A stretch of DNA of 64,000 bases, from NCBI GenBank assembly GCA_963727525.1, contig CAVSGO010000007.1, positions 1,344,001 through 1,408,000 on the forward strand. Reading direction: 5' to 3'. A program made the translations under genes and the position numbers. The DNA is from an uncultured bacterium. GTDB taxonomy: Bacteria; Krumholzibacteriota; Krumholzibacteriia; LZORAL124-64-63. Each line of letters starts with the position of its first letter. Position 1 is the first letter of the stretch. Below, piece after piece: positions 33,676 to 42,969 of the stretch. Below the pieces are notes generated by a model, which searched no databases, was not told the origin of the DNA, and worked only from the letters and a program-made list of their open reading frames with translations.

Positions 33676-35742
33676 TTGCGCGCGTCGATCCTCGCTCTGC
33701 TACTCGCTCTCGTCGCGGCGCCGCCGCCGGCCATGGCGGCCGATATGCCGGCCCGCAACCACGATATCGTCCCGGAAGACTACCTCGATATCGCCACCTT
33801 GACCAGCCTCGCCGCGTCCCCTGACGGCACCCGCGCCGCCTGGACGGAAAGCCGCTGGGGCGAGGCCCGCGAGAATGACCTCTGGTTGCTCGACCGCCGG
33901 ACCAACGCGCCGGCGACCGTGCGCCGCCTCACCTTCGACGGCTTCGGCGGCAATGACCCGACGTGGTCGCCCGATGGTGCCTGGATCTACATGACCGGCA
34001 AGCAGACCCGCGCCGATGCCGACGCGCCACCTTACGACGGGACCACCCAGGTGTGGCGCATCGCTCCCGATGGAGGCCGGCTCGAACCGGTGACACGCGC
34101 CGCCGAAGGAGTGGGCCACTTCGTCCTTGCACCCAACGGCGCCACCCTCTACTACACCGTGGGGCACGAGGTCACGCAGGATCCCTGGCGTGAGATGAAG
34201 GAGACGTACAAGGACCTCGAGTACGGCAGCGGCGTGGATCACCTGGACGCCGTGGAGAGCCTGGACCTGACGAACTGGCGCGTGCACGAGTTGGCTCCCG
34301 CCAGCCGCTCGATCCGCGACCTCGCCGTATCGCCCGATGGGCGCCACCTGGCGTTGATCACCACGCCCTCCGCCGCCACGATCACCAGCGAGGGCTGGTC
34401 GCGCGTGGACCTGCTCGATGTCGCCACCGGCGACGTCACCGTGCTCACCGACGAGGGCTGGCGCGCCGACCATCCCTCGCCCTATGGCTGGCTCGATGAT
34501 CTGGCCTGGGCCCCTGATAGCCGCGCTCTCGCATTCACGATCAGCTACGACGGCTACCCCACCCGGATCTACGTCGGCGAACAGGTGGGCGACGGCTGGC
34601 CACTGCATGAGATCGTTCGCCACGACGAGGCCCACTATGACGGCGGGCTCTGCTGGCGCGGCAAGGACCGTGTGCTCTGCTGGCGCGGCGAACGCGATGC
34701 CTGTGTTCGGGTGCTGGCAACCGCCGGCGTGGAGATGGGTGGCCAGGGCCGCACGACGGCGCTCACGCCCGTGGACGTGGTGGCCGGGCCGTTCAGCTTC
34801 TCCCGGGATGGCCAGGTGCTGCTGGCGTCCCTGGCGACCACCAAGCGCCTGAACGACATCTACCTATGCGGAGCCAAGGGCTCGGACACCATGGAGTCGG
34901 CCACGGTGCTCACCGACCTCAATCCGCAGGTGGCCACCTGGAAGCTGCCGCAGATCTCGCGCATCACCTGGCAGGGCGGGGACGGCGACCCGTGCAGCGG
35001 CATCCTCGAGTTGCCGCCAGGTTACGATCGCAAGTCCGGCGGCCCCCTCCCCATGATCCTCGAGATCCACGGCGGGCCCACGGCGTCGACCCGCTACCGC
35101 CTGCGCCTATGGAGCTACGGCCGCGCCCTGATGCCGGCGAACGGCTACGCCCTGCTGAGCCCTAATTATCATGGATCAACAGGTTATGGCGATGCCTTCA
35201 TGGAAAAGCTCATCGGCCGCGAGAACGACATCGAGGTCCAGGATCTCCTGACGGGCGTCCATCACCTCATCGACACCGGCCTCGTGGATCCGCAGCGCGT
35301 GGGAGTGTCTGGCTGGAGCAATGGCGGCTACCTGACGAACTGCGTCATCGTGGCTGAACCCACCCTGTTCAAGGCTGCCAGCAGCGGCGCCGGCGTACTC
35401 GACATGGTGATCCAGTGGGGCACCGAGGACACGCCGGGCCATGTCATCAACTTCGCCGAGGGCCTGCCCTGGGAGGTGCCCGACCACTACCGGGCGTCGT
35501 CGCCGCTCTACCACCTCGACCGGGTTCAAACCCCCACCTTGATCCACGTGGGCGGGGCGGATCCCCGCGTGCCGCCAGCCCACAGCAAGGCCCTCTTTCG
35601 CGCCCTGCACAGGTATCTCGGCGTGCCGTGCGAACTCGTGATCTACCCCGGCGAACCGCACGGCCTGACGAAGGCGAAGAACCGCGTGGCCAAGATGACA
35701 TGGGACCTAGCCTGGTTCAAAAAATACCTGGCGGGAACTTAA
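33676..35742 (+). CDS. Secreted S9 (prolyl oligopeptidase/acylaminoacyl) peptidase
   Basis: Signal peptide, propeller repeats, HGGP, GWSNGG, DPRVP, EPHG; TTG start after GGAGGT. Confidence 0.92.
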   Translation: MRASILALLLALVAAPPPAMAADMPARNHDIVPEDYLDIATLTSLAASPDGTRAAWTESRWGEARENDLWLLDRRTNAPATVRRLTFDGFGGNDPTWSPDGAWIYMTGKQTRADADAPPYDGTTQVWRIAPDGGRLEPVTRAAEGVGHFVLAPNGATLYYTVGHEVTQDPWREMKETYKDLEYGSGVDHLDAVESLDLTNWRVHELAPASRSIRDLAVSPDGRHLALITTPSAATITSEGWSRVDLLDVATGDVTVLTDEGWRADHPSPYGWLDDLAWAPDSRALAFTISYDGYPTRIYVGEQVGDGWPLHEIVRHDEAHYDGGLCWRGKDRVLCWRGERDACVRVLATAGVEMGGQGRTTALTPVDVVAGPFSFSRDGQVLLASLATTKRLNDIYLCGAKGSDTMESATVLTDLNPQVATWKLPQISRITWQGGDGDPCSGILELPPGYDRKSGGPLPMILEIHGGPTASTRYRLRLWSYGRALMPANGYALLSPNYHGSTGYGDAFMEKLIGRENDIEVQDLLTGVHHLIDTGLVDPQRVGVSGWSNGGYLTNCVIVAEPTLFKAASSGAGVLDMVIQWGTEDTPGHVINFAEGLPWEVPDHYRASSPLYHLDRVQTPTLIHVGGADPRVPPAHSKALFRALHRYLGVPCELVIYPGEPHGLTKAKNRVAKMTWDLAWFKKYLAGT

Positions 35743-35760
35743 AGATCCTACGATCGTTTC

Positions 35761-35795
35761 AAACGGGGTCGGTTCCCTACACCGATCCCGTTTTT
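35761..35795 (+). terminator. Intrinsic terminator
   Basis: CGGGGTCGGT/ACCGATCCCG stem followed by TTTTT. Confidence 0.65.
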
Positions 35796-35809
35796 GGAAC
35801 TGGAGGACC

Positions 35810-36709
35810 TTGCCAAAAGTGCGTTCCCATAGATTCTGCCGAGCCGCCCATCGCACCATCGCCGCCATCCAGACGCTCACAGGCCACCCTCGGCGCGCCA
35901 TGGTGCCTGTGGATGCAGACGAGGTGGTCGCCGGGATTGGTCGCGCGACAAGCAGCGACGACACCCAGGACACGCTCACCATTGCCACCTTCAATATCAA
36001 GTTCGGCCTGGCGGCGAGCCGCGCGGCACAGGAGCTGGCCGAGATGAGCCGGTTCCGACGCCCGGACCTCATCCTGCTCCAGGAGATGGATCCGGTGGGT
36101 ACGGCGCGCATCGCCGAAAGTCTGGGCTACCACTACGTCTACGCCCCCGCGGTGGTGCACTCGCGCCATGGCCGCCTTTTCGGTCAGGCCGTGCTCTCGC
36201 CCTGGCCGCTGCGCGACGTGAACATCGTCCCCCTGCCCCACAAGCATCCCTTGAACGGGCAGCGACGCATCGCGTTGATCGTCACCGCGGAGGTAGCGGG
36301 TCGCGAGGTGCGCGCGTGCAGCGTCCACACCGAGACGGCCCTGCTGCCGGCGTCCTGCCGACGCGAGCAGGTGGCCACGGCCCTCGCCGCCCTGGACGAC
36401 TGGCACGGCCCGGCGATCGTTGCCGGCGATTTCAATACCGTCACCCGCGCCAACGTGCTCGACCTGGCACGAGCAGGCAGGGTAGCGGGCTTCCACCGCC
36501 TCGGCGGCTACGGCCCCACGGTGGAGTGGCGCGCGGCCGGCCTGCGCCTGCGCCGCTTCGTGCTCGATCACGTCCTGCATCGGGGATTGCGCCCACACGC
36601 GGATACGGCGACGCCCGCCACCGCGGCGAGCGACCACCGTCCGGTATGGGCGACCTTTGATCTGCCGCCGCTGCTTCACGTCCAACCCGAGCTCGCGCAG
36701 GCCGTTTAA
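35810..36709 (+). CDS. Endonuclease/exonuclease/phosphatase (EEP) family protein
   Basis: TFNI, LQE, AGDFN, LDH, SDHRPV; start uncertain. Confidence 0.9.
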   Translation: MPKVRSHRFCRAAHRTIAAIQTLTGHPRRAMVPVDADEVVAGIGRATSSDDTQDTLTIATFNIKFGLAASRAAQELAEMSRFRRPDLILLQEMDPVGTARIAESLGYHYVYAPAVVHSRHGRLFGQAVLSPWPLRDVNIVPLPHKHPLNGQRRIALIVTAEVAGREVRACSVHTETALLPASCRREQVATALAALDDWHGPAIVAGDFNTVTRANVLDLARAGRVAGFHRLGGYGPTVEWRAAGLRLRRFVLDHVLHRGLRPHADTATPATAASDHRPVWATFDLPPLLHVQPELAQAV

Positions 36710-36710
36710 C

Positions 36711-37933
36711 GTGCCACGAAGAATGTTGACGGGTCCAGCGCTTGCCTGGGCCCGTCCTCATGAACACCAAAACCCTCACTTCATGCCCTACGCTTCCTCC
36801 CCACTGCCCCAACCCTAACTGCAAATACCACAAGCCTCAGCCGCAACCCTGGCCCTTCGCGCTCTTCGGCACCTTCTCCCGAAAATCCCCACCCTACACC
36901 GTCCAACGCTACCTCTGCCTGGCCTGCGGCAGGACCTGCTCAGACCAGACCTTCCGCACCACATACTGGCTCAAACGCGCCGATCTCCTGCCCAAGGTCC
37001 ACAAGCACGCCGTCTCAGGCGCCGCCAATCGCCAGATCGCCAGGCTCCTCGACACCTCGCCGACGACCGTCGACAACCTCCTCGCCCGCCTCGGCCGGCA
37101 CTGCATCCTCTTCCATCGACACCTGGTGTCCCAGGCGTCACCCTTCGTGGACATCGCCATCGACGGCCTCGTCACCTTCGAGCACTCCCAGTATTTCCCC
37201 TACGAGATCGTCGCGGCCGTCGATCGCCCCTCCAGCTTCATCATCCACTTCGCCGAGGCCGAGCGACGACGCAGCGGGGCGATGACCGACGAGCAGAAAT
37301 GGAAACGGTCCCTCTTTGAACAAAACTATGGCCGGCCGGACCCCAGGTCGTTGATGCGGGCGCTGCTCGAGGTGCTCTCGGTCTCGCTCGACGGCGCCAC
37401 CGAGGCCCACATCTGGAGCGACAAGCACAAGACCTATCCCTACGCGATCGCGAAGCTACGGTATTGCAAGGTGATCCACGAGACGATCGACTCCCGTCAG
37501 CCGCGGACGAGTCGCAACCCGTTGTTCGAGGTCAACTTGCTGGACATGTTGCTGCGGCATTGTCTGAAAGACCACACGCGGGAGACGATCGCGTTCGGAA
37601 AGCGACGCCAGCATTCGATCTACCGGCTGGCGATCTTCCTGGTGTGGCGCAACACGATCAAGTTGCGTCGGGAGAAGCGGTGCTGGAGCACGCCGGCGAT
37701 GCAGATCGGGATCGCCACGAAGCCCTTGACCGAGGAGGAGGTGTTGTCGCGGCGGCTGTTCGTGTCGCATATCGAGTTGCCGCCGTTGTGGGATGACTAC
37801 TACTGGCGACGGGTCGAGACGCGGCCATTGAAGGTGAACCGGAGGCACAAGCTGACGTACGCCGTGTAGTGAGAAAGTCGGGCCTAGCGGGCGAGATCCC
37901 GGTGCGAAGCCTCGTCAACATTCTTCTTGGCAC
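36711..37933 (+). mobile_element. IS1-like insertion sequence with 21-bp terminal inverted repeats
   Basis: Left GTGCCACGAAGAATGTTGACG (36711-36731) vs reverse complement of right GTGCCAAGAAGAATGTTGACG (37913-37933), one mismatch; encloses a single transposase-like ORF. Confidence 0.8.
36760..37869 (+). CDS. Transposase-like protein (Zn finger, HTH, DDE-like core)
   Basis: CPNPNC...QRYLCLACGRT, RQIARLL HTH, IAIDG, WSDKHKTY, FEVN...LRH, TPAM. Confidence 0.8.
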   Translation: MNTKTLTSCPTLPPHCPNPNCKYHKPQPQPWPFALFGTFSRKSPPYTVQRYLCLACGRTCSDQTFRTTYWLKRADLLPKVHKHAVSGAANRQIARLLDTSPTTVDNLLARLGRHCILFHRHLVSQASPFVDIAIDGLVTFEHSQYFPYEIVAAVDRPSSFIIHFAEAERRRSGAMTDEQKWKRSLFEQNYGRPDPRSLMRALLEVLSVSLDGATEAHIWSDKHKTYPYAIAKLRYCKVIHETIDSRQPRTSRNPLFEVNLLDMLLRHCLKDHTRETIAFGKRRQHSIYRLAIFLVWRNTIKLRREKRCWSTPAMQIGIATKPLTEEEVLSRRLFVSHIELPPLWDDYYWRRVETRPLKVNRRHKLTYAV

Positions 37934-39092
37934 AAGTTGCGGCACGCCGCAGTCTTGCGATCGCCAGGTCGAGGGTTGCGCCGGTGCAGCCGAAGTTCAG
38001 CCGCACGAACCCCTCTCCCCGGAACTCGCGGCCGCAGTTCAGCCCCAGGCCGTGGGCCTCAAAGTGGGCGCAAGGATCGACGGCGCCCAGCCCCCGCGCA
38101 TCGATCCATGCCAGGTACGTCGCCTCCACGTGAGCCATGCGCAGCCCCGGCAGGCTCGCCACCGCATTCTCAAGCCGGTCGCGGTTGCGTCTCAGATGTA
38201 CGAGCTGGGCGGACAGCCAGTCCCCACCCTTCTCGTAAGCTGCGAAGGCCGCCATGTAACCAAGGGCATTCACGTGAGGTACGATCATGGCCATGGCCCG
38301 CGCGAATCGCCGCCGCATACTGTCGTCGGGGACCACCGCGAAGGCGCAGCCTAGGCCGGCCAGATTGTAGGTCTTGCTGGGCGCCATGAGGGTGACCGTG
38401 CGCGCGGCCACCTCCGGATCGAGGGTCGCCGTCGGCACGTGCGAGCGGTCGCCATCGAGGACGAGCTGATTGTGAATCTCGTCGGACACGATCACGAGGT
38501 CATGCCGGGCGCAGACGTCGGCCAGGCGCGCCAGCTCGTCTCGCGTCCATACGCGCCCGCACGGATTGTGCGGCGAGCAGAGCAGGAGCACCCGTGTCTG
38601 CGGCGTGATCGCCGCGGCCAGGGCGTCCCAATCCCAGCCCCAGCAGCCGTCCGGCGCCTGGACCAGCGCCGCCGTCTGGAGCTGCCGGTCCATCGCTGTG
38701 GGGCACGACAGGAAGGGCGGGTAGACTGGGGTGGTCGTCAGGACCGCCTCGCCGGCGGCCGCGAAGGCGCGGCAGCACACGCTCAGGCCGGTGACCAGTC
38801 CCGGCAGCCAGACGAGCCAGTCGGGCTCCACGCGCCAGCCAAAGTCCCGGTGCAGGTGGGCGAGTACCGCTTCGACCAGGCAGTCCGGCGGCAACCCGTA
38901 GCCGAAGACGCCGTGGTCCACCCGGGCCCGCAGTGCCTCGAGCACGGCGGGCGGCGCGGCGAAGTCGGTGTCGGCCACCCACATCGGCAAGACGTCGCGG
39001 CCGGCATAACGCCCCCATTTCAGGCTGTCGGTGCCCCGGCGCTCGATGGGCCGGTCGAAATCGAAGTGTTCGTGGGCGCCATCACCGTTCAT
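37884..39092 (-). CDS. MalY/PatB-family PLP-dependent C-S lyase
   Basis: PMWVADTDF, CSPHNPCGR, SDEIH, APSKTYNLAG, RLNFG. Confidence 0.93.
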   Translation of the reverse strand: MNGDGAHEHFDFDRPIERRGTDSLKWGRYAGRDVLPMWVADTDFAAPPAVLEALRARVDHGVFGYGLPPDCLVEAVLAHLHRDFGWRVEPDWLVWLPGLVTGLSVCCRAFAAAGEAVLTTTPVYPPFLSCPTAMDRQLQTAALVQAPDGCWGWDWDALAAAITPQTRVLLLCSPHNPCGRVWTRDELARLADVCARHDLVIVSDEIHNQLVLDGDRSHVPTATLDPEVAARTVTLMAPSKTYNLAGLGCAFAVVPDDSMRRRFARAMAMIVPHVNALGYMAAFAAYEKGGDWLSAQLVHLRRNRDRLENAVASLPGLRMAHVEATYLAWIDARGLGAVDPCAHFEAHGLGLNCGREFRGEGFVRLNFGCTGATLDLAIARLRRAATCAKKNVDEASHRDLAR

Positions 39093-39586
39093 GCGCGACC
39101 GAGCTCCTCGAGCCGCGCCGCCACCGCTGTCACCGCCGCATCGGGCGTGGGCGCGAGGATCCAGCGGCCCGGTCCACAGGCATCGAGGAAAGCCGCGCCG
39201 GGGTCGAAGTCGAGCAAGACGACGGTGCGCGCGAAGCGAAGAGCGATGGCGATCTCGCTGAGCGTGCCGCCGGTGCCGCGGCAAGCCACCACGACATCGC
39301 TGGCCAGTACGTTGATGACGTTGCGTCCGGCCCCCATGCCGGTGGGGATGACGATGTCCAGGTCGGGGCTGGCGGCGTCATGCGCATCGTCGAAGAGCAC
39401 GCCGACGGTGAGCCCGCCCGCCTCGCGCGCGCCCTGGGCCGAAGCCCCCATCACGCCCGTGGGGCGGCCGCCGTTGAGCAGCACCCAGCCACGCTCGGCG
39501 ATGAGGCGGCCAAGCTGGTACGCGAGGTCGGTGGTGCGCGCATCGGCCTCGGTGCCGCCCATCACGCCGATGATCGTGCGTCGCAT
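39089..39586 (-). CDS. TIGR00725/LOG-like (SLOG) nucleotide-binding protein
   Basis: IGVMGG, GVMGASAQGA, TGMGAGRN, GTLSEI. Confidence 0.88.
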   Translation of the reverse strand: MRRTIIGVMGGTEADARTTDLAYQLGRLIAERGWVLLNGGRPTGVMGASAQGAREAGGLTVGVLFDDAHDAASPDLDIVIPTGMGAGRNVINVLASDVVVACRGTGGTLSEIAIALRFARTVVLLDFDPGAAFLDACGPGRWILAPTPDAAVTAVAARLEELGRA

Positions 39587-39619
39587 TTCCGATGTCTCCT
39601 CTGTCTCGGCTCCCGCAAC

Positions 39620-40357
39620 CTATCCGTCCCCGGCGGATGCCCCGATCTCGGGAATGGCTGCCTCGATCCGCGACGTGTCGACCGTGGGCTGGAACGTGGG
39701 CGTCGTCCTGAACTCGAACTCGGCATGGTGTCGGCCCAGGCTCTGCGCGAGCGATGTGAGCGTGCGGCGTGCCGAGGCCTGCGCCGCAGCCGTCGCCTTG
39801 CCCACGAGCGAGCCGGCGAAGCGCGTGGCCTCCTGACGCGTCTCCTGGATGAGCTTGTTCTTCGCCTCCACCGAGAAGCCGCCCGTGAAGAACCGATTGA
39901 CCATCTCGGGCATCAGCCAGGGCAGCAGTTCGGTATTGTCTTCGCTGTGCACGCGCATGTCGCGGATGAGCACCTCGTGGCGGCACGGCGGCAGCACGAA
40001 GCGCACGGCATCGGCACCGCGCTGCTGGATCTGGAACGTGGGGTCGGTGAGGTCGTAGCGGAAGTCGACGTCGAACTCGATGATCAACGTGATCCGGCGC
40101 GACGACAGCAGCCAGTGCAGGTACTTCTTGCCGAACTCGCCCAGCCAGTGGTCGCTCGCGGTGATGACCTCCTTGGTCATCACGCGAAATACCGACAGCT
40201 CGCCGACGGCCCGCATCGAGGTGATGAAATGTTCGATGCTGACCACCTGCGGCGCACGCGACCCACGGCGGCGCCCACGGCGCGCCAGGCGCCAGGTGAG
40301 CAACGTCGCCAGGGCCAGAAGTACCCCCCCGCCAAAACCGATCAGGAGATTCGACAC
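39620..40357 (-). CDS. DUF4230-like membrane-anchored protein
   Basis: N-terminal TM, VGELSV, F.YDL, LP; start uncertain. Confidence 0.65.
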   Translation of the reverse strand: MSNLLIGFGGGVLLALATLLTWRLARRGRRRGSRAPQVVSIEHFITSMRAVGELSVFRVMTKEVITASDHWLGEFGKKYLHWLLSSRRITLIIEFDVDFRYDLTDPTFQIQQRGADAVRFVLPPCRHEVLIRDMRVHSEDNTELLPWLMPEMVNRFFTGGFSVEAKNKLIQETRQEATRFAGSLVGKATAAAQASARRTLTSLAQSLGRHHAEFEFRTTPTFQPTVDTSRIEAAIPEIGASAGDG

Positions 40358-40467
40358 ACCGGCACTCCTCGGGACCATACCGGGGCGCACCCGTCGCGCA
40401 CCGGCCGCTCCCAGGATGGCATCGCGGGGGCCAGGGCGCAAGCGGAGGCCAGCATGGGCCGACGGCG

Positions 40468-41700
40468 CTAGACCGTCACGAGCGACGCCAGACGCTGAAT
40501 ATCGGCGCGGGAGAAAACGTACGGCAGTTCAGGCAGATCGGCGAGCAGCTCGGGCGGCCACGTCGGCACATCCGCGGTGCGCAGGGCAGCCGTGACGATG
40601 GGCTGCTGGCGTAGAAAGGCGAGCAAGCGCGCGAGCTGCTCCCGCGTCACGCCGCTGGGATCCAGCACGACCAGCTTCACGTGGCGCGCGCTCTGTTCGC
40701 GTCCAAAGAAGTCGCGCGCCGGATACTGGGTATGTCCGAAGTGCTCGAGCAGACCACCCACCCAGCGCTGAGTCTCGGGGTCGGTCGAGACGAGCACCAC
40801 CGGAAACGCATCGTCGTTCGCGGACCTGGCCTGCCCGATCGTGCCGTCTTCGTCGGCGATCTGCAGGAAGATCCTCATCTCGTCGATCTTGGCGTGCATC
40901 CGGTTAAGAGCGCCACGGAGCTGGTCCGGCTCCAGGCACCACAGCCGCAGCAAGCGGCTCACCGCGTTCTCGCTCGCGGGGCGCTCGAATGCACCGCCAT
41001 GGATGCAAGCCAGTACGTCGCCGAGGGCCACCAGCGTGGTCAGCGGTTGCTCGCGGCTCGCCGTGATCCGCAGCGAGTGATGGTAGCGCGCAGCGTCCTG
41101 GAGGGCCGCCGGAAGCTGCCAGAATTCCATCAGTTTCTGCCCCACCTGGGCGTGGCTCATGCCGAGGGCCACCTTCTCGGCCAGGAGGGGATCATCGGCG
41201 TCACCGCTGGCCTCGCAGGCCTGCGTGTAGGCGCCGGGTGCCGCACTGGCCAGGATGAGGTGACCGATGTCGTGCATGAGACCCGCGATGAAGGCCTCCT
41301 CGGGATCGTGGCGCAGGCAGTCGGTCATCTCGGCCAGGGCCTGCGCGCCGGCTCCGGTGGCCAGGGCGTGGTCCCAGAAGTCGGACATCGCGCGGCCGCC
41401 GCCCAGCTTCTTGAGCGCCGAAACCATGCCGAAACCCATGGCCACGTTGCGCACGCCGCTGAAGCCGAGCACGACCACGGCACGCGTGATCGTCGAGATC
41501 TCGCCGGTCAGACCGTAGAAGGGACTGTTGACGAGCTTGAGCACCTTGCCCGCCAGGGCCTGGTCGCTGGACAGCACCCTGGTCACATCGTCCGCGGAAC
41601 TGTCCTCGTCGTTCATCACCGAGAGCAGCTTCGACACAACGATCGGCAACGGCGGCAGCGTGCGCATCGCCGTCATCACCTTGGCCTTGATATTGGACAC
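40468..41700 (-). CDS. HDOD domain protein with degenerate receiver-like C-terminus
   Basis: LPPLP, DQALAGKVLKLVNS, AGLMHDIG, HAQVG...W.LP, YHH. Confidence 0.9.
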   Translation of the reverse strand: MSNIKAKVMTAMRTLPPLPIVVSKLLSVMNDEDSSADDVTRVLSSDQALAGKVLKLVNSPFYGLTGEISTITRAVVVLGFSGVRNVAMGFGMVSALKKLGGGRAMSDFWDHALATGAGAQALAEMTDCLRHDPEEAFIAGLMHDIGHLILASAAPGAYTQACEASGDADDPLLAEKVALGMSHAQVGQKLMEFWQLPAALQDAARYHHSLRITASREQPLTTLVALGDVLACIHGGAFERPASENAVSRLLRLWCLEPDQLRGALNRMHAKIDEMRIFLQIADEDGTIGQARSANDDAFPVVLVSTDPETQRWVGGLLEHFGHTQYPARDFFGREQSARHVKLVVLDPSGVTREQLARLLAFLRQQPIVTAALRTADVPTWPPELLADLPELPYVFSRADIQRLASLVTV

Positions 41701-41778
41701 GGCCGGCCTCCGGGCGCGGGTCAGGCTTGAAGGATCCGTAGGGCTATCGGCCGGCGGCAGTGGGACTTGAGCCGCGCC

Positions 41779-42969
41779 TCAGTCGCGTTCGTCGCGCCTT
41801 GGCGGGCCGCCACGTCGCAGCATCGTGCCGAACCGCTCGTTGACGCGGTCGACGATGCGATCGAGGGTGCGCTCCCGCTCGCGCGTGGGATCGCCGAAGA
41901 GTTCGCTCTGGCTCGCGCCGGCATGGTCGAAACCCGAGGTGGTCACCCCGATGAGCCGCAGGGGACGGCCGCGCCGGCCCAGCCGCTCGGCGAGTAGCCT
42001 CCGCGCTGCGGCGCGGATGGTGATGGTGGAATCGGTGGGCTGCGGCAACGTCTGGGCCCGCGTGTGCGTCGTGAAATCCGGATAGCGCGCCTTGAGCGTC
42101 ACCGTGCGCGCGCTCAAGCCCGCCCGCCGCAGGCGCCAGGCCACCTTCTCGGCCAGGCCATCGAGGATCTCCTGCAGCGTCGCGGCATCGGCGATATCCT
42201 CCGCGAACGTCAGCTCGTTGCCTATCGACCTGGCCTCATGCTCCGGCACAACCGGGCGCTCGTCCTCGCCCACCGCGAGTTGCAACAGATGGTCGACCTG
42301 ATCACCGAGGCGGAAGGCGAGCACGTCCCGCGGCGTGGCCAGCAGGTCGGCGACGCGGCGGATGCCGAGAGCATGCAGTTCCCGCGCCGTCACCTTGCCC
42401 ACGCCCCAAAGTGCCTCCACCGGCAGGGCGGCCAGCCGCGCCCGGGCATCTTGCGGCGTGAAGACCACGAAACCGTCAGGCTTCTCGAGGCCGCTTGCGA
42501 GCTTGGCGAGGAACTTGTTCGGCGCCACGCCCACCGAGGCCGCCAGTCCCAGTTCGTCGCGGATCGCCGTCTTGATGACGCGGCCGACCGCGGGCGCCGG
42601 ACCGAAGAGGCGCTGGCAACCGGTGACGTCGAGGAAAGCCTCGTCGATGCTCAACGGCTCCACCAGCGGCGTCATGCGCGCGAAGATGGCGAAGACCTGC
42701 TGCGACACCTCGAGGTAACGGGCCATGCGGGGGCGCAGGAACACGCCCTCGGGACAGAGCGTCACCGCACGCGCCGCGGGCATGGCGCTGTGCACGCCGT
42801 GGCGACGCGCCTCGTAGCTGGCCGCGGCCACCACACCGCGGCCCTCGGGCGTGCCGCCCACGATCACGGGCTTGCCGCGCAGCGAGGGTTCGTCGAGCAC
42901 CTCGACCGATGCGTAGAACGCGTCCATGTCCACGTGCAGGATCGCGCGTCCGGGCGTGATCGCCATCAC
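41779..42969 (-). CDS. dinB: DNA polymerase IV
   Basis: HVDMDAFYASVE, SYEAR, SIDEAFLD, NKFLAKLAS, RLIGV. Confidence 0.96.
   Translation of the reverse strand: MMAITPGRAILHVDMDAFYASVEVLDEPSLRGKPVIVGGTPEGRGVVAAASYEARRHGVHSAMPAARAVTLCPEGVFLRPRMARYLEVSQQVFAIFARMTPLVEPLSIDEAFLDVTGCQRLFGPAPAVGRVIKTAIRDELGLAASVGVAPNKFLAKLASGLEKPDGFVVFTPQDARARLAALPVEALWGVGKVTARELHALGIRRVADLLATPRDVLAFRLGDQVDHLLQLAVGEDERPVVPEHEARSIGNELTFAEDIADAATLQEILDGLAEKVAWRLRRAGLSARTVTLKARYPDFTTHTRAQTLPQPTDSTITIRAAARRLLAERLGRRGRPLRLIGVTTSGFDHAGASQSELFGDPTRERERTLDRIVDRVNERFGTMLRRGGPPRRDERD

Noticed and set aside
29660-35742. Lasso-peptide cluster (AsnB-like cyclase plus S9 isopeptidase)
   Set aside because: AsnB retains the N-terminal Cys glutaminase domain, and no precursor, B protein or RRE is visible
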